Source: Octopus sinensis
Taxonomy: Eukaryota
DNA length: 64,000 nucleotides
Direction of reading: 5' to 3'
Assembly (NCBI RefSeq): GCF_006345805.1
Contig: NC_043024.1
Span: 7,502,001 to 7,566,000, forward strand
Shown: positions 49,113 to 61,887 of the stretch, in pieces
How the letters are laid out: each line of letters opens with the position of its first letter
Numbering within the stretch: the first letter of the stretch is position 1
Program-made: the position numbers and the translations under genes
Notes under the pieces: generated by a model
What the model saw: the letters and a program-made list of their open reading frames with translations, nothing else
Told to the model about the DNA's origin: nothing
Database searches by the model: none

Positions 49113-50921
49113 ACAAGAGTGTACTGTAATTCCAAATATATTTTTGGGATATTTACTTTTACGAAACCTCCTTATTGAAACTGGTACTTAATTTATGAAA
49201 CCCAAAAGGATGAAAGGCAAAGTCGACCTCGGTGAAATTTGAACTCAGAACACAGAAACAGACGTAATACCGCTAAGCATTTCACCCAGTGTGCTAACAA
49301 TTCTGCCAGCTTGCCGCCTTAAGAATCTTCTGTAATAAAGAACAGAGCTTTGATTAAAGATTCCAACCATGACAATCCAGTCCTAATTTCTTCAAACATC
49401 TACAGCTGCATTGTCCAATGTGTTCATTTTTTATTAAACCAAAGAGGTACATGTAGACTTGTTTATCACTGATTCATTCATCACTGATCTGGATAACATG
49501 ATACCTTCAATTGTGAACCATGTTACGCTTATCATGGATTTATCTATGATAACACAAATTGGCAATCAATCAAAGATTCTGCTACAAAAACGTACCCCAG
49601 CAACTAACTACCCACAATGCTCAGCTACCCAGAATGCATTAACTATCGCTTGTGTTTACAGGAGTCTGTGGCTTAAATCCTTAAATCCTTAAAAAAGTTT
49701 TAGCCCAAAGGCTGCGGCCATGCTGGGGCACCACCGCTGAGTATTGATTTTGTACAGATTTACATATTTGTTACACATTGACATGGGACCAGTGCACAGA
49801 AAAAATTATGAAGGCTTCTGACCCTAAGAAATGAGTAGATTCTCTACAGGAAAAGGTGATGATCAAGAAAAGGAGTGGCTGTGTGGTAAGAAGCTTGCTT
49901 ATGAATCACATGGTTCCGTGTTCAATCCCACTGTGTGGCACCTTGGGCAAGTGTCTTCTATTATAGCCTCGGGCCGACCAAAGCCTTGTGAGTGGATTTG
50001 GTAGACAGAAACTGAAAGAAGCCCGCCGTATATATGTATATATATATATATATGTTTGTGTCTGTGTTTGTCCCCCCAACATTGCTTGACAACCGGTGGT
50101 GGTGTGTTTACGTCTCTGTAACTTAGCGGTTGCCCTTCATTGGAGACGGTGTGAGAGGATGGTTAAGTAATAATTAATTTAGATGGGATACAAAATAGAG
50201 AGTGAGGTGGAAGAAAGAAAATAGATGTGAGATATGTAGGGACATTGAATTTGTAGATCCATTTTTTAGGCAGAATGGTATATCTCTCTTTACTCTTTTA
50301 CTTATTTCAGTCATTTGACTGCGACCATGCTGGAGCACCGCCTTTAATCGAGCAACTTGACCCCGGAACTTATTCTTTTGTAAGCCTAGTACTTATTCTA
50401 GCGGTCTCTTTTGCCGAAACGCTAAGTAACAGGGACATAAACACACCAGCATCGGTTGTCAAGCAATGCGACGGGGACAAACACAGACACACAAACACAC
50501 ACACGCATATATATATATATATATATACATATATACGACGGGCTTCTTTCAGTTTTCGTCTACCAAATCCACTCACAAGACTTTGGTCAGCTCGAGGCTA
50601 TAGTAGAAGACACTTGCCGAAGGTGCCACGCAGTGGGACTGAACCCGGAACCATGTGGTTGGTAAACAAACTACTTACCACACAGCCACTCCTGCGCCTA
50701 TATGTAAGATTCCAATACCTTATGAGAAAAATCCAACAGTATTTAAAATTGTTCATTCAAATATAGAGTTTATACACAATTTTAGATTACTAGAGATATC
50801 AGCAAAAGCGAACGATAGAATAAGTACTAGGATTGCAAAGAATAAGTTCTGGAGTTGATTTGCTTGACTAAAGGTGGTGCTCCAGCATGGCTGCAGTCAG
50901 ATGACTGAAACAAGTAAAAGA

Positions 50922-51010
50922 GGAAGCTTCACTGCTGTGGGCCACGAACTTGGTGTCAATGAATCTACCATTCATTCAAATATGAAGACGCCTTCTTCAT
51001 ATTTGAGAGA
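50922..51010 (+). mobile_element. Possible pogo/Tigger transposase HTH fragment
   Basis: Translates to SFTAVGHELGVNESTIHS. Short, so weak support. Confidence 0.4.
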
Positions 51011-51106
51011 TGATCAAGGAAATATGTGATAGTGGAATCTTTGGCCCATGAATAGTGAATTTAGTGTCAATGACTCCCCCATTCATGCCAATTACAAAAT
51101 GCATGT

Positions 51107-51408
51107 TTGTTCCTTCTCGAGCCATGCCTGGCTCATAAGGGCCTGTTTCCCGGTTTCCTTGGCGTATAGGTTCCCCACCTGGACGGGATGCCGGTCCATC
51201 GCAGGTGAGCTGCAAGATGCAGGAGGAAAGAGAGAGAGAAAGTTGTGGTGAAAGAGTCAGCAGAAGTTTTGCCATTACCTACTGCCGGAGCCACGTGGAG
51301 CTTAGGTGTTTCGCTCATAAACACACACATTGCCCGGTCTGAGTTTTGAACCTGCGATACCTCAACCGCAAGTCCTCTGCTCTAACCACTAGGCCATGTG
51401 CCTTCACA
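51107..51408 (-). mobile_element. Family B-related SINE with 16-bp TSD
   Basis: ATTACAAAATGCATGT at 51091-51106 and 51410-51425. Confidence 0.85.
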
Positions 51409-51905
51409 GATTACAAAATGCATGTAGATGATTCATTTATCACTACCTTCTGTTATGGAACCAAACCTCCGTGATAAATAAACACAGATGTATAATTTTA
51501 GAAAAAATTCAGCTACTTTTTCTAACATACAGAATGATGACAGACACTTCCTTGTTGACTCACATTTTGTGTTTTTTCCCAGGGCAGACTTGATTGAGCA
51601 GACCAACAATAAAAGGCACTCCACTCCTTGCTCTTCAATCTTTTTTCTTCTCTTTTTCCCTCTCAGACACTCTATTACTCTTTTACTTGTTTCAGTCATT
51701 TGACTGTGGCCATGCTGGAGCACCGCCTTCAGTTGAGCAAATCGACCCCCAGGACTTATTCTTTGTAAGCCCAGTACTTATTCTATCGGTCGCTTTGCTG
51801 AACTGCTAAGTTACGGGGATGTAAACACACCAGTATCGGTTGTCAAGCGATGTTGGGGGACAAACACAGACACAAACACACACATATATATATATATACA
51901 TCTAT

Positions 51906-51940
51906 GTTTCTGATGAAGAGCTCCGCTCGAAACGTTAAAT
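51906..51940 (+). ncRNA. Minimal type I hammerhead in a short Penelope-like element (about 51895-52035)
   Basis: GTTT-CTGATGA-A-GAGC-TCC-GCTC-GAAA-CGTT-AAAT, with palindromic AACGTT and a GUU triplet. The element sits in the TA tract of a family A SINE. Confidence 0.6.
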
Positions 51941-52482
51941 CCTCCTTCTTTCTTTCCTGAGCATCGAATAAAACTATACTTGTTCCATGTCCTCGCGTTG
52001 TGTTTTCTTTGTGTTTTCATGTTTGGATTAACTATATACATACATATATATGACGGGCTTCTTTCAGTTTCCGTCTACCATATCCACTCACAAGGCTTTG
52101 GTCGGCCCAAGGCTATAGTATAAGACACTTGCCCAAGGTGCCACGCAGTGGGACTGAACCCGGAACCATGTGGTTGGTAAGCAAGCTACTTACCACACAG
52201 CCACTCCTACGCCTATATGTGGGGATAATAGAATCTAATGTGGCTGTCCTTTTCCAGATCTGGGTAAAATTTTGTTGCCAATTTAAGCTGATCGAACTGC
52301 CGTATTGACACTTTCTTAATTGGTTTTATTGGGAAGATTATCAGAAAGAGGTGTTTAAAAAAATGGAGAGGCCCTTTTAACAATACACATGGCAACAGTT
52401 TAAACCATAAAGAATTGATTTGGCGTCGGTCAAAGATAGGTATTTAGGCATTTAGGTGGGGTGGAGGAAGAAGACCATGTGA

Positions 52483-52884
52483 TCTCTATATATATAAACG
52501 GCAGTTTGTCTGTCTGTGTGGCAGTCAGGTTGTACCCTCACCCTGACCACGGCTTTCAACCGATTCTGATGAAACTTGACACACACATAGCCCAATGTCA
52601 TAATTCAAAACTAACGCAGCGAAAATTTTGAAAAGTTCCCCCAGTTCTGAAAAAAAAATCGATAAATTCGACATGGGGTCGAGAATCTAAGCTTTTTATA
52701 TGCAACACATTTTCTGTCGGGAGACAGCTAGGAACATCGTATACATAGAAGTATTCGAGTGAAGAGAAGACATTGCAGCCTACACATGCGCCTTCGTTCC
52801 CTAGAGGGAAAGAACTAGATTGGGATTAGTCGTTGCCTACTAGGGGCTCTTACATACCCGGGCAACGCCGGGCTATGCTGCTAG
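52483..52884 (+). mobile_element. Non-autonomous Helitron
   Basis: A|TCTCTATATATATAAAC 5' end, (GTCT) microsatellite, hairpin CCCGGGCAACGCCGGG, CTAG|T 3' end. Confidence 0.88.
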
Positions 52885-53879
52885 TAAGAGCTAAATGAAG
52901 AAATAAAACGGGTGTGAGAGGGTATAGATATAAATAACGAAGCTGTAGGGGGGATGAAATAAAATCGAAGTGGTGGAACTGATAAGACGTACATATAAAT
53001 ACACACACATATATATATTCGTAGATACAAACATAAATACATTCTTAGATACAGAAATATGCATACACATATATAAACAGAAAAAGTGAGCGAGATCGAT
53101 CGTTATAGATACGTTGAAGGGGGCTTTACAAGAAGGAGGAAAAGTTAGACACATTAGCAAAAGGTGATATAAACATTTTTAAGCTTAGATTGTAAACACA
53201 TATATACACTGGCGTGTACGTGTGTGTGGAGGGAGAGAGAGAGAGAGACAAGTAGAACTGATACATAGACACAGTAGATAAGTATATAGACAAATAATTA
53301 TAAAGACAAATGGCTAATTATAGATAGATATGCAAGTAGAGAGACTTAACAGCTAAGCTCGAACTGTAACTAGGAAGACAAGACTTCTAGGTAGGTTAGA
53401 CATTTTAAAATCTTTTAGCCAGGAGGGAAGATAGGGCCCCCGACAGCTGCAGGGTTTTCAAGACTCGTGGGAAGTACTCTGAATGAAGGGGCTTGTCCCG
53501 AATGCTTGCAACACAGCGGAAGTCCAATAAAAGCGTCCAAGGTGTTAGGTAATACGGTTAAACTGGGTGATGGGTGATGTCAACCATCCAAGTGGGCTAT
53601 AAACAGGATTTGAATTTAGAACATAAAAATAACCAAATAAACTAGTGTCGCAACGTATCTAGTCCGATGGTTTTATTGTTTTGCCAATCTAATGCTTTTG
53701 ATTAGGACTTTATTTATTTTATTTTTTTTACTTAGTCCCGAAAGGCAAAATAGGCTCTGGAAGGATTTGAACTCAGAGCGTAGAGAGCTAGGACAAAGAC
53801 CGCGAGGCAGTGTGTCTAACGCCCCTAACGACTCGGCCAATTCGCTGCCAGTTCTGTGTCAAAAGATTTGTGAAAGACA

Positions 53880-54011
53880 TAGAAAGATAGATAGACAGAT
53901 AGATAGATCGATCGATCGATAGATAGACAGATAGATAGATAGATAGATCTATAGATAAACAGACTGATAGGCAAACAGATATAGAGACAGACAGATAGAT
54001 ATATAGATTCT

Positions 54012-54068
<57 letters not shown>

Positions 54069-54200
54069 CGATAGATAAACAGACTGATAGACGGACAGAT
54101 ATAGAAACAGATAGATAGATCGATCGATAGATAAACAGATTGATAGGCAAACAGATAGATAGATAGAGAGATAGATCGATGACATAGATAAACAATATAT
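53880..54200. repeat. (GATA/GACA)n compound microsatellite near the exon 1 donor
   Basis: Direct reading. Confidence 0.95.
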
Positions 54201-54300
54201 AGATTATAAGTGGGGTCTAAAGTATGACACACACACACACACACACACGTGTGTATGTGTAGAATATAGGTGAAGTGTTCAAAGAGTGTTTAATACCTAC

Positions 54301-54481
54301 ATTTCGAAGGTGGCTCCGACGTTGGTTTTGGGGTCGTTACCGCTGGGGTTGTTGATTTCGTTTCTTTTGCTGTTGTTGGTGTTGTAAACAACATCAAAGA
54401 CCAACAACAAACAACAGTAATTAACAATATAAAGTCGAATCGCCATCGAGGGATCCCGTAAACTTTCTTTTTCACTTCCAT
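54301..54481 (-). CDS. PTTG1IP: PTTG1IP-like gene, coding exon 1 (signal peptide plus Thr/Pro-rich stalk)
   Basis: ATG at 54481-54479 in GTT-ATG-G context, with an in-frame TAA 9 nt upstream. Encodes MEVKKK...FILLITVVCCWSLMLFTTPTTA-KETKSTTPAVTTPKPTSEPPSK plus 1 nt. Phase-1 donor GTAGGT at 54300-54295 matches the phase of exon 2. Confidence 0.8.
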
Positions 54482-54769
54482 AACTTTTTAATTACTTTTT
54501 TCTTTAAATCCAAAACTAAGAGGTATTCGTTTCTTTGTTGATATCCCAATTAAACAAAAAATAAGTTAAAATTGTTTTGTCTGGTTTGGTTTTAAACCCA
54601 CAACACTCTATTTTCAAAATATACTGAAATATCAGTAAATGATTAATTATATAATAATCAAAACAGGCAAAAACTATACCAGGTAGTTAATTGCTTTCAC
54701 TACAAAAACCTCAAAACTTTCAACTTTCCCCAGAATAACAAAATACAGCGGAGTGATATCAAACAAACT

Positions 54770-57190
54770 TTTCCGCCCCTTCCTCTTACCACTACTTTCT
54801 ATTTCAGTTACATCATCATTCTTTCTCTCTTTAACATTCTCCATCCCCCTCCTTCACTCCTCTGTTGTATCTACCTCCTTTCCCCTCGCTCCTCCCTCTC
54901 TGTCTTCCTCTACGCTATCTATTTTTCATATCGCTCTTTCCCTCTCTTCCTCTCTACTTTATCTTTCATATACCTCTCTCTCTGCATTCTACTTTTTCTC
55001 TCACCTCCCTCTCTCTCTGTTACATCATCATTCTTTCTCTCTTTAACATTCTCCATCCCCTCCTTCACTTCTCTGTTGTATCTACCTCCTTTTCCCTCGC
55101 TTCTCCCTCTCTGTCTTCCTCTACGCTATCTATTTTCCTTATCTCTCTTTCTCCTCTCTTCCTCTCTACTCTCTATTCTACTTTTTCTCTCACCTCCCTC
55201 TCTCTCAGTTACATCATCATTCTTTCTCTCTTTAACATTCTCCATTCCCCTCCTTCACTTCTCTGTTGTATCTACCTCCTTTTCCTCTCGCTTCTCTCTC
55301 TCTGTCTTCCTCTACTCTATCTATTTTTCATATCTCTCTTTCCCCTCTCTTCCTCTTTACTCTATCTTTCATATACCTCTCTTTCTCTATTCTACTTTTT
55401 CTCTCACCTCCCTCTCTCTCAGTTACATCATCATTCTTTCTCTCTTTAACATTCTCCATCCCCCTCCTTCACTTCTCTGTTGTATCTACCTCCTTTTCCC
55501 TCGCTTCTCCCTCTCTGTCTTCCTCTACGCTATCTATTTTCCTTATCTCTCTTTCCCCTCTCTTCCTCTCTACATTTTCTCTCACCTCCCTCTCTCTCAG
55601 TTACATCATCATTCTTTCTCTCTTTAACATTCTCCATCCCCCTCCTTCACTTCTCTGTTGTATCTACCTCCTTTTCCCTCGCTTCTCTCACTCTGTCTTT
55701 CTCTACTCTATCTATTTTTCATATCGCTCTTTCCCTCTCTTCCTCTCTACTTTATCTTTCATATACCTCTCTTTCTCTATTCTATTTTTCTCTCACCTCC
55801 CCCTCTCTCTGTTTTATCTATTCTACTCTTTCTCTCACCTCCCCTCTCTCTGTTTTATTTATTCTACTCTTTCTCTCACCTCCCTCTCTGTCTGTTTTAT
55901 CTATTCTACTTTTTCTCTCACCTCCCTCTCTCTCCTTACTCTGTTTTCATCTTCTCCTCTTCCCCCTCTCCTAACCTATATTTTCACGTTCCTGTTTTCT
56001 CAGCCCCCCGTTTCATTTTCTAGTCTATCTTTTTTCACTCTCTATTGTCTCTTTCTCTTTCTCTATTTATTTTCATCTCCCCCCATTCCTCTCTCTACTC
56101 AATACTTTCTTTCTCTGCTTTCTCACCCTCCTTTTCGCTTTCTATTCTATCTTTTTTCACTCTCTATTGTCTCTTTCCCTTTCTCTATTTGCTTTCACCT
56201 TCCCTCCCTCTGTCTACTAAATACTTTCTCTGCTTTCTCACCCTTCTTTTTCTTTGTTTTTCCTCCTCCTCCTCCTCCCCTCTCTCTCGCTATTAAATAA
56301 TTATTTCCTCTCTCGTTTTTTCCCCCTTTCCTTCACTATTTTTTCTGTCTCCCTCCTCCTCACTCTCCTCTTTCACATTTCCTTCACTATCTTTCTCTTT
56401 CTCATTACTTCCCCCTCTCTCTCAAACCATACCGTCTCTCTCACAATTCCCCGCTCCCATCTTTCCCTCCTTCATCTTCCACTCCTTTCCCATTTCCCTC
56501 CCCGACTTTCGCCTTTCCTTTCTACCTTTCACCCTCACTCTTTCTTTCCCCCTCTCTCTTCCTCTTATATTTACACCCCCTCCGTTGTACGTTCTCTTTC
56601 CCCCTCTCTCTCTATTGTTCTCTCTCCCTTACCTTCTCACCCCTCACTATAAATATACAGCTTATATTTCCTTTTCCTTTTCCTTTTCTTCACTCCTCTT
56701 ACTCCTCACTCATTCTCCCCATACACTCCCTCTTCCGCTTTTATTTACACCCCTCGGTTATACTTTCTCTTTCTCCTCTCTCTCTCTCTCTCTGCTCTTC
56801 TCTCTCACTCTTACCTTCTCACCCCTCACTATAAATACACAGCTTGTATTCCCTTTTCCTTTTCCTCACTCATTGTCCCTATACTCTCTCTCTTCCTCTT
56901 TTATCTACACCCCTCCGTTATACTTTCTCTTTGCCCCTCTCTCTCTCTCCGCTCTTCTCTCTCCCTCTTACCTTCTCACCCCTCACTATAAATACACAGC
57001 TTGTATTCCCTTTTCCTTTTCCTCACTCATTGTCCCTATACTCTCTCTCTCTCTCTCCTTTATATTTCTTCTTTTCCTAACTCTCTCTCTCTCCTTTATA
57101 TTTCTTCTTTTCCTAACTCTCTCTCTCCCTCTCTCTCTCTCTTCTTTATATTTCTTCTTTCCCTAATTTCCTTCTCCTTATCTACTTTTC
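54770..57190. repeat. 2.4-kb polypyrimidine/polypurine tract with two diverged tandem arrays
   Basis: GTTACATCATCATTC anchors near 54807, 55019, 55208, 55421 and 55600. A second array is anchored by CCCTCACTATAAATA at about 56640, 56820 and 56980. Confidence 0.9.
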
Positions 57191-57779
57191 TCGGGGCACT
57201 TTATTGTCTCGCGTAACCACAAAACCAAAGCTGCACGGTTCTACGATTCAAATGTTTCTCAGTAAACAATAGCAACAGGAAATATAAACTTGTCCTACAT
57301 CGATAATTTCATAATCAAGCCCTGAGTCAACCTTGAACGACCAGATCATCTTCCAACATTAACCGTTTTATCTCTTCTCTTTACTCTCTTTTACTCTTTT
57401 ACTTGTATCAGCCATGTGACTGCGGCCATGCTGGAGCACCGCCTTTAATCGAGCAACTCGACCCCGGGACTTATTCTTTGTAAGCCCAGTACTTATTCTA
57501 TCGGTCTCTTTTGCCGAACTGCTATGTGACGGGGACATAAACACACCAGCATCGGTTGTCAAGCAATGCTAGGGGGACAAACACAGACACACAAACATAC
57601 ACGCACACACACACACATATATACGACGGGCTTCTTTCAGTTTCCGTCTACCAAATCCACCCACAAGGCTTTGGTCGGCCCGAGGCTATAGTAGAAGACA
57701 CTTGCCCAAGGTGCCACGCAGTGGGACTGAACCCGGAACCATGTGGTTGGTAAACAAGCTACTTACCATACAGCCACTC

Positions 57780-58045
57780 CTTTTTTTTTTCTTCAATTTC
57801 TGCAATTTCAACCAATCACTGATGTCTATTGAGGTAAAAAAAACATTCTGTGCCGTATGAATATGTCCCTCGTTTAAGAAACAGATTGGGTTTATTTACA
57901 TTTGTGAAGAAAAAAAAGATACCCTTTCCCTCACCCTAACCCTAAAACAGATTGAAATGCAATAGATCGATACTAGGGTCATAATTATGGGTGACAATTT
58001 CATATGACACCACTAGAAAAACTGCCGTTCAAACCGAAAAGATCC
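57780..58045. mobile_element. Partial MITE copy (same family)
   Basis: Right half and right TIR. Confidence 0.8.
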
Positions 58046-58747
58046 CTTTTCTCTTTAAACACAACGTGTATAAAACCACATTCTTCAAGATGCTCAATTT
58101 TAAAGACAGTAGGGTATGATTTCAGAGACGTTTGGCTGCCGTTTCTAACAGATCGAATGCCTCTGTAATAGCCTCCCATATTAGCCTGTTAATGGTTTTG
58201 TCCTTATTAAGTTCTGCATTCTAATCCTGCCAGGGTTGACCTCATCTCTCATCTCATAATAGTTTAGGAAGTAAAACACATGGCCAAGATTTAATCCAGA
58301 GCTTGCCAACATTTTATAGCTGTCACTCCTTTTTCTCTCTTTTGCAAAAATTTTTCCAATGTTTCCCACCCCTCTTACACTTAATATCAGACCTAAGTAA
58401 TTTGGTTCCGTGTTTGGGTTTGACGCAGGGGATTATTATTTACCATAACATCATCCTAAAGCTCCATGAGGCTCCGGCAGGGGATGGTGGTGATCCCTGC
58501 TGTACTCTTTCACCACAACTTTCTCTCACTCTTACTTCCTGTTTCTGTTGTACCTGTATTTCAAAGGGCCGGCCTTGTCACTCACTGTGTCACGCTGAAT
58601 ATTCCCGAGAACTACGTTAAGGGTACACGTGTCTGTGGAGTGCTCAGCCACTTACACGTTAATTTCACGAGCAGGCTGTTCCGTTGATTCGGATCAACCG
58701 GAACCCTCGTCGTCGTAACCGACGGAGTGCTTCCATCATTCTACTAT

Positions 58748-59075
58748 CTATCTATCCGCTCAGTCGAAGTTGATTCCCGGTCACTCGATGGATCAGTGTC
58801 CTCCAGTCAGTTCTATCCTGGGCCACTTCTTTCAGATTGGCTATGTCCATTCCGGTTTCACTCTTGATGGTGTCAAGCCAGCGGGTTCTTGGTCGGCCTC
58901 TTCCTCTCTTGCCACTGACCATTCCGAGCATGATGTCCTTCTCCAGGGATTTTCTCCGCATAATATGACCAAAATATGCCAATCTATGCTTGGTGATCCT
59001 AGCTTTTAGCGACATTTTCGGCCTGATCTGCTTAAGAACTTCTCCATTGGTCGGCCTCGCTGTCCATGGAATTCT
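58748..59075 (-). mobile_element. Same RTE family, single-unit copy
   Basis: Nearly identical to one 158-bp unit plus the 3' end of the 33.5-34.6 kb element. Confidence 0.9.
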
Positions 59076-59391
59076 ACAGTAAACTTAAATGGTATTCGTT
59101 TAGCTTTTACTAGTTTCAGCCTTTGGACTGAGGCCAAGCTGGGGCACTGCCTTGACAGGTTTTTAGTCGAACAGATCGACCCCAGGATATATATTTTAAA
59201 GCCTAGTACTTTATATTGCCTAACCAGTAAGTTACGAGAACGTAAACACACCAACACCGGCTGTTAAGCGGTGGTGACACACACACACACACAGAGGCAT
59301 TCACACACAACACACACACTCACTCACACACACACACACTCACACTCACACACTCACACACACACACACCACACACACACACACTCACACA

Positions 59392-59437
<46 letters not shown>

Positions 59438-59842
59438 GGGCTTCTTTCAGTTTCCGTCTACCAAATCCAATCACAAGGCTTTGGTAAGACCAAGGAGAAG
59501 ACACTTGCCCAAGGTGCCATGCAGTGGGACTGAACCCCGAACTATATAGTTGGGAAGCGAACTTCTTACCACACAGGCACGCCATCTTTTACTTGTTCCA
59601 GCCATTGGACTACGGCCATGCTGGGGCACTGCCTTGGAGAGTTTAATTGAACAAATTGATCCTAATACTTTTTTTATTTTCAGAGTTTGGCCCTTGTTCT
59701 CTTGGGTCTCTTTTTGTCGAACTGCTGCTTTATGAGGATGTAAACAAACAATCACCGGTTGTCAGATGGTGGTGTGGAAAGCAAACAGAGCCGGCTCAGC
59801 AATAAATCATAGGCTGATTTATTGACAGCAAGCCACAACGTA

Positions 59843-60794
59843 CATGTGATCTTTGCAGTGTGGGGTCGCGCATTGTCCTGATGAAACATCACTTCTTTTC
59901 GATTCACTAAAGCGGGTCTTTTTTTCTTCAAAGCTTGGTTCAAACGCTCTAATTGCTGACAGAAGACTTGAGCATTGATTGCTGCATTAGGTGGTAACAA
60001 TTCAAAGTGAATTACACCTTTGCAATCCCACCAGATATAGAGAAGAACCTTTTTCCCATGAAGTTCCCTTCTCAGTTGTGGTTAAGCATTTTCCCTTTTA
60101 TCAAACTACTGTTTACGATGTTTAACATTTTGATAGAAGATCCATTTTTCATCACCAGTCACAAGTCTATCCAAAAAGGGTGAAATGAGTTCATGAGAAT
60201 GTAGAGAAGAGCAGATGTCAACTCAGAATTTGCAGTTGCTTTCGGACAATTCATAAAGCACTCATTTTCCAAGTTTAGGAACCTTTCCAAGTTGTTGAGA
60301 TGACAATGAACAGTTGTATGGCTTGAACTAAGCTTTATTGCCAATTCTTCAACTGATAATGCAAGATTTTCTTCAAGTAATGCCTCAAGGAGCTTATCAT
60401 CAAACTCAACTGGACGTCCTATTCGATCTTTATCTCCAAGGCTGAAATCTCCGCTTCTGAATTTTGCAAACCATCTTCTGCAAGTTCTTTCATTCAAGCA
60501 TTCTTTCCCCTAAACTAAGTGTATGTTTTGAGTCGCTTCGGCTGCAGGGTTTCCGTTTTTGTACTCATAAAGCATTATGTGCCTCAAATGCTCTTTGGAT
60601 ACTTCTATGTTAGAAAGGGTTTTAATCAAAGAAATTTTAATTCTATTATTCTGTAACATAATATTTAATTAGTTTAAATATACACAAATGCGTAAAAATA
60701 ATTTTTAATTCCATTAGACATTCTAAAACACTATTAAATTTCATTCAATTTTTAAAAAGGCAAAATTGGACAGAACTTATGGGATAACCTGATA
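59843..60794 (-). mobile_element. Decayed mariner (Tc1/mariner) transposon, 3'-truncated
   Basis: EHLRHIMLYEYKNG, RTCRRWFAKFRSGDFSL...GRPVEFDD and MFHQDNARPHTAKIT. TIR-like TA-TCAGGTTATCCCATAAGTTCTGTCC at about 60770-60794. Start codon mutated, with stops and frameshifts. Confidence 0.9.
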
Positions 60795-61564
60795 TATAAT
60801 GATTATAATAAAAGTTGACAATTTTTTTTATCTTATTGGACGTTGCCAGCCTCCCCTGGCACCTGTGCTGGCGGCACGTAAACAGCAACATCTGTATGTA
60901 GTCGATGCCAGCACCGCCTTGACTGGCTTCCGTGCCAGTGGCACATAAAATGCACCAACCGATCGTGGCTGTTACCAGCCTCACCTGGCACGTAAAAAGC
61001 ACCATCCGTACATGGTCGATGCCAGCGCCGCCTTGACTGGCTCCCGTGCCAGTGGCACATAAAAAGCACCAACCGATCGTGGCCGTTGCCAGCCTCCCTT
61101 GGCACCTGTACCGGTGGCACATAAAAAGCACCCACTACACTCACGGAGTGGTTGGCGTTAGGAAAGGCATCCAGCTGTAGAAACACTGCCAGATCAAACT
61201 GGAGCCTGGTGCAGCCTCCTGGCTTCCCAGATCCCGGTCGAACCATCCAACCCATGCTAGCAGGGAAAACGGATGTTAAACGATGATGATGATGATGATT
61301 TATTTTGTAAACAAATTATACAATATTACATAAGCATTTTACAATGTTTCTTTCTTTTCTGGAAACTTGCTGTGTACCAGCAGCTGATGGCTTGTGGACC
61401 GGCACTGGTCCATGGACCACAGCTTTGTGTAGCACTGGATTAACTCTATCCTTATCATCAAGAACGGTTGCTCTACTAGGCTTCCATAGATTTTACTGAC
61501 TCCAGTTTTTCATGCTTAGAACTTTGGTTGACTCAAAGATAAGACACAGTACAAAGCAGTTTTC

Positions 61565-61887
61565 GGATCTTTTCGTTTTGAAAGGCAGTTTTTTCTAGCA
61601 GTGTCATATGAAATTGTCACCCATAATTATGACCCTAGAATCAATCTATTGCATTTCAATCTGTTTTAGGGTTAGGGTTAGTTATGGTTAGGGTTAGGGG
61701 TGGGGGAAGGGTATCTTTTTTTCTTCACAAATGTAAATAAACCTAATCTCTTAAACGAGGGACATATTCATACGGCACAGAATGTTTCTTACCTCAATGG
61801 ACGTCAGTGATTGGTTGAAATTGCAGAAATTGAAGAAAAACAACAAATATCTTACAAACTATAGAATTTTCTCAATAAAGCCAAGAG
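61565..61887. mobile_element. Partial MITE copy, inverted orientation
   Basis: One TIR and TTAGGG repeats, interrupted by a family A SINE fragment. Confidence 0.8.

Noticed and set aside
632-51940. Hypothesis that all intact HHRs are antisense to the host gene (purifying selection)
   Set aside because: The canonical motif at 41254-41313 is in the sense orientation, and the sample is too small to support a strand bias.
54293-54298. Alternative exon 1 donor AG|GTATTA (phase 2)
   Set aside because: Incompatible with the phase-1 start of exon 2; GTAGGT gives the open frame.
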